DNA of 63,776 bases, filler included, from Methanobacteriota archaeon (GTDB lineage: Archaea; JACRDV01), in the NCBI GenBank assembly GCA_024860865.1. It is 7 parts of 7 records of this genome, joined end to end, with 100 filler letters (N's around TTAATTAATTAA, not from the genome) between each part and the next. Parts side by side here need not be neighbours in the genome. Positions count along the whole stretch, not along the records: positions 51,957 to 60,546 come from JACRDV010000022.1; positions 60,647 to 63,776 come from JACRDV010000160.1; 5 more parts are not named here. One strand, given 5' to 3'. The notes below the pieces were generated by a model. The model saw nothing but the letters and a program-made list of their open reading frames with translations, searched no databases and had not been told where the DNA came from. Position numbers and translations under genes: made by a program. Below are positions 58,751-63,776 of this stretch, piece by piece; the stretch's first letter is position 1; each line of letters starts with the position of its first letter.

Positions 58751-59293
58751 CTAGACCATTTGAACATGCTTAACTAAATGCGGAAGTTCAGGAATTATAA
58801 GTTTAGTTAAAGCGAGCTCAACTGCATTAGGTGAACCTGGTAAACATATTATAATTTTATTATTTATCGTGCCAGCAGTTGCCCTTGAAAGTATAGCAGC
58901 TGAACCAATTTTGGCATAACTAATGGATCGAAATAGCTCTCCTACGCCTGGCAGCTCCTTTTGAAACATCGGAGATAGAGTCTCTATTGTTATGTCTCGA
59001 GAGGTTATGCCGGTTCCACCTGTCGTTATTATTGCTTCAGCATCTGAATCGATAAGCTTAAGAATAGTTTTTTTTATGGTCTCCTTTTCGTCAGGCACTA
59101 TTGAATAGGATACAACTTCGAACTTTGCTTTTTCAAGCAACTCTTTCATCAATTTTCCAGAAACATCTCCAATCTTTTTCGGGTCTAGTATTTTTAGTTG
59201 AGCAAAATTTCTAAACTTGGAATCGCTTATTGTTACTATCGCGCATTTGACCAGGCTGGAAGCCATTTCTTTGTGCTCTTTATAGCTAAGCAT
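58751..59293 (-). CDS. moaB: Molybdopterin adenylyltransferase MoaB/MogA family
   Basis: VTISDS, TTGGTG..RDIT, LSRATAG and LPGSP motifs. Confidence 0.92.
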   Translation of the reverse strand: MLSYKEHKEMASSLVKCAIVTISDSKFRNFAQLKILDPKKIGDVSGKLMKELLEKAKFEVVSYSIVPDEKETIKKTILKLIDSDAEAIITTGGTGITSRDITIETLSPMFQKELPGVGELFRSISYAKIGSAAILSRATAGTINNKIIICLPGSPNAVELALTKLIIPELPHLVKHVQMV

Positions 59294-59744
59294 GCGGTAT
59301 TTCCTTTATTTTCTCAACTACTTTTATATCTTCGATTTTTGTGCGAGGATATTGCCCTTTTTCATCCTTTTCATACTGCTTGACCATATCCCATACTGTT
59401 AGAAGGGCAGTAGTAACGCCAACTAATGCTTCCATCTCTACGCCTGTTTTCCCGATGCTTGAGACCTCGACTTCTGCCGTTATTTTTTCTTCTGCTGTGT
59501 TCAGATCAACTTTAACATTTGTTATTGGTAGAGGATGGCAGAGAAAAAGCAGCTCAGAAGTTTTCTTTGTTGCTGATATTGCTGCTAACTTAGCTGCTGT
59601 GAATACATCGCCCTTTTCAATTTTTCCAGCTTTTACTTTTTCAATGGTTTCTTTTTTAAGTTTAATGCTACCTTGAGCTTTGGCGATTCGAATTACATCT
59701 GGTTTTTTGCTAATGTCGACCATTTTGGCGGTCATTTCTGTCAT
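59286..59744 (-). CDS. moaC: Cyclic pyranopterin monophosphate synthase
   Basis: [20 protein letters not shown] and WDMVK motifs. Confidence 0.95.
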   Translation of the reverse strand: MTEMTAKMVDISKKPDVIRIAKAQGSIKLKKETIEKVKAGKIEKGDVFTAAKLAAISATKKTSELLFLCHPLPITNVKVDLNTAEEKITAEVEVSSIGKTGVEMEALVGVTTALLTVWDMVKQYEKDEKGQYPRTKIEDIKVVEKIKEIPHA

Positions 59745-59944
59745 CTATTTTTATTAAACTAAGCTAGATTTATAAAAATGTTTTGAGTCCATCGCCAAGT
59801 TATGAGCGAATTTATTAGTGGCTAGATTATTTCAAAAATGTGCAAGAGCTAAGTGAAAAAGCAAGCGAGATTGAGGGAATAATATTTCGATAAAGATAAA
59901 AATAAATGTATCTGTGTGATATGAAATTTTACTGCCGTTCTTTT

Positions 59945-60417
59945 GAGTGCCTTTCTATCAAAATCTAAACCTTGCCATTGCAAATTCCTCACTTCATTCA
60001 GGCGCAAACCGGCATAGTAGAGGAACACGAGAACAAGTTTGTGCTTAATATTGTTTGTCACTTCAATCATTTTATTCACTTCCTCCTTGCTCAGCACTAC
60101 AGGTAGCTTCAAGGTTTTTTAGCGAGAGGCAACTTTTCCTCGAATTTTTCATGCAACACATTTTCATAGAAAAATCTTAAAGCAAAATATGTCACTCTCA
60201 TAGTGGATTTGCTCTTATTGGATTGCGATAAAAGGAATTCCCTCGGTGTTTTGCCAAATTTTGAGGAAAAATTCTTAAACACGGAAATGTAAACCTTGCC
60301 GGTTTGGTAGGAATACTTTCTAAGCTTTATCTCTTCAATCAGCTTTCCTATGAGCTGGTATCGTTGCTGCGGCGAAAGGGTTTTAATTTCTGCATGTGAA
60401 TCTCTATAGTGAAACAT
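59945..60417 (-). pseudogene. Truncated, frameshifted tyrosine recombinase (integron-integrase-like)
   Basis: SAM-like N-terminus (LRKYSYQT..Y; ALRFFY), frameshift near 60113, then KLPVVLSKEEV..YYAGLRLNE. The catalytic C-terminal half is missing. Confidence 0.8.
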
Positions 60418-60646
60418 AGATTATGAAACATGAATGCAGGAATAAGAATTGGTAAGGGCTAGATAGCAGGATCACGGTTAGACTCCCTTACAATCCTGCA
60501 TATATTTCAAAAATGAAGAGCATCAACGGCTATCGCTGACAACCCGNNNNNNNNNNNNNNNNNNNNNNNNNNNNNNNNNNNNNNNNNNNNTTAATTAATT
60601 AANNNNNNNNNNNNNNNNNNNNNNNNNNNNNNNNNNNNNNNNNNNN

Positions 60647-60714
60647 ACAACAGCAGTTATAGTAACAATTATCCAACCAGTAGCCATTAAAGATTCATTA
60701 TAATATGGATCCAT
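60647..60714 (-). CDS. N-terminus of a small membrane protein (contig edge)
   Basis: MDPYYNESLMATGWIIVTITAVV..., resembling the N-terminus of 60783-61121. Confidence 0.4.
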
Positions 60715-60782
60715 CTTTTGTACCTTTTTTTGGTTTTGAGATAATTTAGATATTAAAGTTTTAATTTGAAATTTTAAATCCG

Positions 60783-61121
60783 TTAAGAGCTTTTCTCCAA
60801 TTCTTTCCTCAAAGTTTCGAATATACCTTTGATAACTAAAGATGATTTGAAAAGCATTGCAACTCCAACGATATAAAATACAACTGCTAAAAGAGTAGTA
60901 AGAGCCTCAAACATTTCTTTTTCACTAAACTCCACAATATGATGTAATAGTATTAAAGCCCCAGTCAAAGTGAAGCAAATTATAGAGGAAACGACCCACT
61001 TATACTCAGGACTAATCATAGAAAACTTTTTGTAAATCCTCCAAATCTGGTAGCATGCTATAGTAGCAACTATAAGACCAACAGTCCATAGTGATGCAAT
61101 AAAATATTGGTTAAATGTCAT
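60783..61121 (-). CDS. Small 3-TM membrane protein
   Basis: Three hydrophobic helices, HH at the end of TM2, basic/amphipathic tail. Confidence 0.6.
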   Translation of the reverse strand: MTFNQYFIASLWTVGLIVATIACYQIWRIYKKFSMISPEYKWVVSSIICFTLTGALILLHHIVEFSEKEMFEALTTLLAVVFYIVGVAMLFKSSLVIKGIFETLRKELEKSS

Positions 61122-61315
61122 CCTTTGTTGTTTAGAATAATTTAGGTATTAAGTTTTTTGGTTTGAATTATAAGGATGTATATTAGAAATCCAATTGGAG
61201 AATTTATATTAATTCTCAAACCCACAAACTAGTGGCAAAATTTTGTTCAGCTCAAATTTTTACTCAGATACGGACTCAAAAACTTTCTAAAGCAATACTT
61301 GAAAGCTGGACTTAA

Positions 61316-61534
61316 TTATTTTATCTTAACCTGATCAAAATTCAGCTTTAGTTTCCCGAAACACTCGAAGCAAATCTTCTTTAGCTGCCCCTCCATTTTT
61401 AGCTTGAGCAAGTGCCCAGTGCGTTTGGGCTTACCACAAATATCGCAGAATTTCTCTAATAACAATTGATCTCTAACATATCTCAACAAACTACGGTCGT
61501 TAACGAATGTTGGAGCAGCAACAGACAAACCCAT
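61316..61534 (-). CDS. Small zinc-finger protein (72 aa)
   Basis: CDIC...CFEC. ATG 61534 avoids overlap with tgtA. Confidence 0.6.
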   Translation of the reverse strand: MGLSVAAPTFVNDRSLLRYVRDQLLLEKFCDICGKPKRTGHLLKLKMEGQLKKICFECFGKLKLNFDQVKIK

Positions 61535-61582
61535 AAAAAGCCCTAAAGCTTTTTTAGTAAAGAGATTTTTAAAGGTTTCGAT

Positions 61583-63226
61583 ATGGATGTTAAAAACACT
61601 TTCGAAATAAAGGTCAGAGATGCGATGGGCCGGGTAGGTATTTTGAAAACACCCCATGGAACTGTTCAAACCCCAACACTAATGCCAGTCGTTAACCCCC
61701 AGCGAATGGTTGTTCCGGCTAAAAAATTGTCTGATTTTGGCATTCAGATGGTCATGGTAAATGCATATTTATTAAAAAAATACTTTGAAGCCGAAGTTAA
61801 AGAAAAAGGGGTTCACAAGTTTTTGGGTTTCAGTGGTCCAATAATAAGTGATTCCGGGGCTTATCAGCTCCATTTATATGGGGATATCCAAGTCCAACCA
61901 GCTGAGATAGTGAAATTCCAAGAGGCAATCGGTTCTGATATTGGAGTTATCTTAGATGTCCCAACAGGAGCTAACATGAATTATGAAGGAGCAAAATATA
62001 CTGTTGAAGAGACTTTAAGGAGAGCCAGAGAAGCCCTAAAAATAAAAGAAAGAGAGGATATACTGTGGGGCGGTCCAGTTCAGGGCGGCCATTTTTTAGA
62101 TTTAGTTGAATATAGCTCTAAGAAAGTTGGAAAACTTGATTTTGATTTGCATCCAATTGGTGAACCAGTTCAATTTTTAGTTCAATATCAGTTTGATAAA
62201 GTAATTGATATAATAATGGCTGCCAAAAAGAACTTACCAATCGAGAGACCAGTTCATTTATTTGGAGCGGGCCATCCAATCTTTTTCGCATTAGCAGTTG
62301 CTCTCGGCTGCGATTTGTTTGATTCCGCTGCATATGCTTTGTATGCTAGAGATGGGCGATATCTAACCGTTGAAGGAACATTTAGATTAGATTCGCTTCA
62401 GGAATTGCCATGCTCTTGTCCAGTATGCTCAAATTATTCAAGCCAAGAATTAAAAAAAGCAAAGAATAAAGAGCAATTGCTAGCTGAACACAATCTCTAC
62501 GCAACTGTTTCTGAAATCAAAAAGATTAGACAAGCAATCTATGAAAATTGGTTGTGGGAACTAGTTGAAATGAGAGCAAGATCACACCCATCATTGTTGC
62601 AAGCTTTGAGACATTTAAAAAAATATTCAAGATTTATTGAACAATTTGATCCGGTTACAAAAAAAAGTGCCTTCTTTTATAGCGGATCTGAATCATTATT
62701 TAGGTCAGAGATCATCCGGCATGTGGATAGGCTGATAAATCGATATAAACCGCCTGAAAAAGCAAAAATTTTGGTTTTATTGCCCAGTTCAGAGCGAAGA
62801 CCATTCAGAACATCTTTTGAACATCGAGAGTATCAAAGGACAATTGCAGAAGCAACCGGGTCAAAGATCGATTTCATTCATGAATGCACATATTCAGCTC
62901 CATTTGGAATAATCCCAAGAGAACTTGAGGATACTTATCCACTCTCTCAGTTTGAAGCGCCTAAAATACTTGACTTGGATTCAGTCGAGTTCGTTAAACA
63001 AACTCTTAAAAACTATCTAAAGAGGTTTAGAGACAAGTATTTGGTTATTATTTGCCATAATGATAATTTATATTGGCACAATTACATTATTAAACAATGC
63101 AAGAGAATAACTGCTCAGATTAAGCGAGAGTTATTTGTTACATCTGTTACAGAAAAGCCGACTTCAAAAGCAGCTCTTGAAAAACTGAAGATAGCAATAA
63201 AGCTTGCATTAGAAAAGGTGGATTAA
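61583..63226 (+). CDS. tgtA: Archaeosine tRNA-guanine(15) transglycosylase
   Basis: TPTLMPV, DSGAYQL, ILDVP, PVQGG, HLFGAGHP, DLFDSAAY and CSCPVC..HNL motifs; no C-terminal PUA domain evident. Confidence 0.93.
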   Translation: MDVKNTFEIKVRDAMGRVGILKTPHGTVQTPTLMPVVNPQRMVVPAKKLSDFGIQMVMVNAYLLKKYFEAEVKEKGVHKFLGFSGPIISDSGAYQLHLYGDIQVQPAEIVKFQEAIGSDIGVILDVPTGANMNYEGAKYTVEETLRRAREALKIKEREDILWGGPVQGGHFLDLVEYSSKKVGKLDFDLHPIGEPVQFLVQYQFDKVIDIIMAAKKNLPIERPVHLFGAGHPIFFALAVALGCDLFDSAAYALYARDGRYLTVEGTFRLDSLQELPCSCPVCSNYSSQELKKAKNKEQLLAEHNLYATVSEIKKIRQAIYENWLWELVEMRARSHPSLLQALRHLKKYSRFIEQFDPVTKKSAFFYSGSESLFRSEIIRHVDRLINRYKPPEKAKILVLLPSSERRPFRTSFEHREYQRTIAEATGSKIDFIHECTYSAPFGIIPRELEDTYPLSQFEAPKILDLDSVEFVKQTLKNYLKRFRDKYLVIICHNDNLYWHNYIIKQCKRITAQIKRELFVTSVTEKPTSKAALEKLKIAIKLALEKVD

Positions 63227-63675
63227 TGGGACAACTTAAGAAGATGTTAGCCTGCCTTTTCCAAATTAAAAGAAAAACAGAGTTACCCAAAAACGAACTA
63301 GTTTTTGCTGTGGCCTTTGATCACAAGTGGTTCTCTCCTAAACAAGCAACTGATTTGATTGAATTTGCACAATTAGTTGACCTAATTAAAATTGAAGACG
63401 GAGTAGTGAAATTAAATTTTAATGCAAATGAAATCCAAGTAGATCCTTCTTTTAAACCAAGTGAAAAATTAGTTGACTTGCCTTTATTTGAAGAACTTGT
63501 AAACGAAATATCAGAGACCATTGGAATGCCGGAGAAACAAGTCATCAGCCAAATCAATGAAAAGCACATGAAATTTGGAAACATGCTTTCACTCGAAGTG
63601 GCTGCGATTCTATTTGCCAGAGAAAAAAATGTGGATGTAACTAGATTTTTGCCGGCAATAAAACAGAAATTTTAG
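63226..63675 (+). CDS. DUF2240-family protein
   Basis: FAVAFDHKWFSPKQA and EVAAILFAREKNVDV motifs. Confidence 0.8.
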   Translation: MGQLKKMLACLFQIKRKTELPKNELVFAVAFDHKWFSPKQATDLIEFAQLVDLIKIEDGVVKLNFNANEIQVDPSFKPSEKLVDLPLFEELVNEISETIGMPEKQVISQINEKHMKFGNMLSLEVAAILFAREKNVDVTRFLPAIKQKF

Positions 63676-63776
63676 CTAAATAATTTTGAATCCTTCATCT
63701 GTAATTTGATATTTGTGCCAGTCAGGGTCATGTTTAGAACCGCGCATTCTAGCGATTCTTAGAACTCGCTCTCCAT
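63676..63776 (-). CDS. C-terminus of a KaiC/RAD55-like ATPase
   Basis: ...GERVLRIARMRGSKHDPDWHKYQITDEGFKII*. Confidence 0.7.
   Translation of the reverse strand, partial: GERVLRIARMRGSKHDPDWHKYQITDEGFKII

Noticed and set aside
61535-61669. Long N-terminus of the 117-aa minus-strand ORF
   Set aside because: It overlaps the tgtA start on the opposite strand; ATG 61534 is more plausible.
1-63776. CRISPR arrays, cas genes, rRNA genes, further UGA-Sec genes, and the many short antisense ORFs in the track
   Set aside because: I saw no regularly spaced repeats, no rRNA-like tract and no other conserved Cys position replaced by TGA. Antisense ORFs lie inside well-supported genes.

Overview
AT-rich archaeal draft genome (MAG-like). 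Seven contigs are joined by six artificial 100-nt spacers (N44-TTAATTAATTAA-N44), so gene linkage is valid only within 1-25188, 25289-31778, 31879-40270, 40371-42380, 42481-51856, 51957-60546 and 60647-63776. Housekeeping content: thiL, Tfx with tupABC and mobA, purC-S-Q-L-F-D, mtd, futalosine menaquinone genes, a tetrathionate-reductase-like molybdoenzyme, hdrC-hdrB-gcvH-lipS1-lipS2, hxlB, endonuclease IV, pdaD, moaD/B/C and tgtA. Accessory content: TA modules, an ABC-ATPase/DUF4276 pair, SNF2/SWIM, a tnpB, a MITE and integron-like cassettes. The top signal is an Lrp/AsnC transcription-factor gene (27968-28443, minus) interrupted inside its HTH by a 29-nt insert. The insert folds into a canonical bulge-helix-bulge, and cutting it by the standard archaeal splicing-endonuclease rule restores a full 148-aa protein, i.e. 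a candidate mRNA intron in a regulator. The window also holds a UGA-Sec selD with a eukaryote-type (AUGA/AAA/GA) SECIS next to a two-intron tRNA-Sec, two tRNA-Gln genes with three and two introns, and an NrdD-like protein that appears to lack its catalytic cysteines. The lineage cannot be fixed from this window. All family calls are by-eye motif recognition, not database searches.
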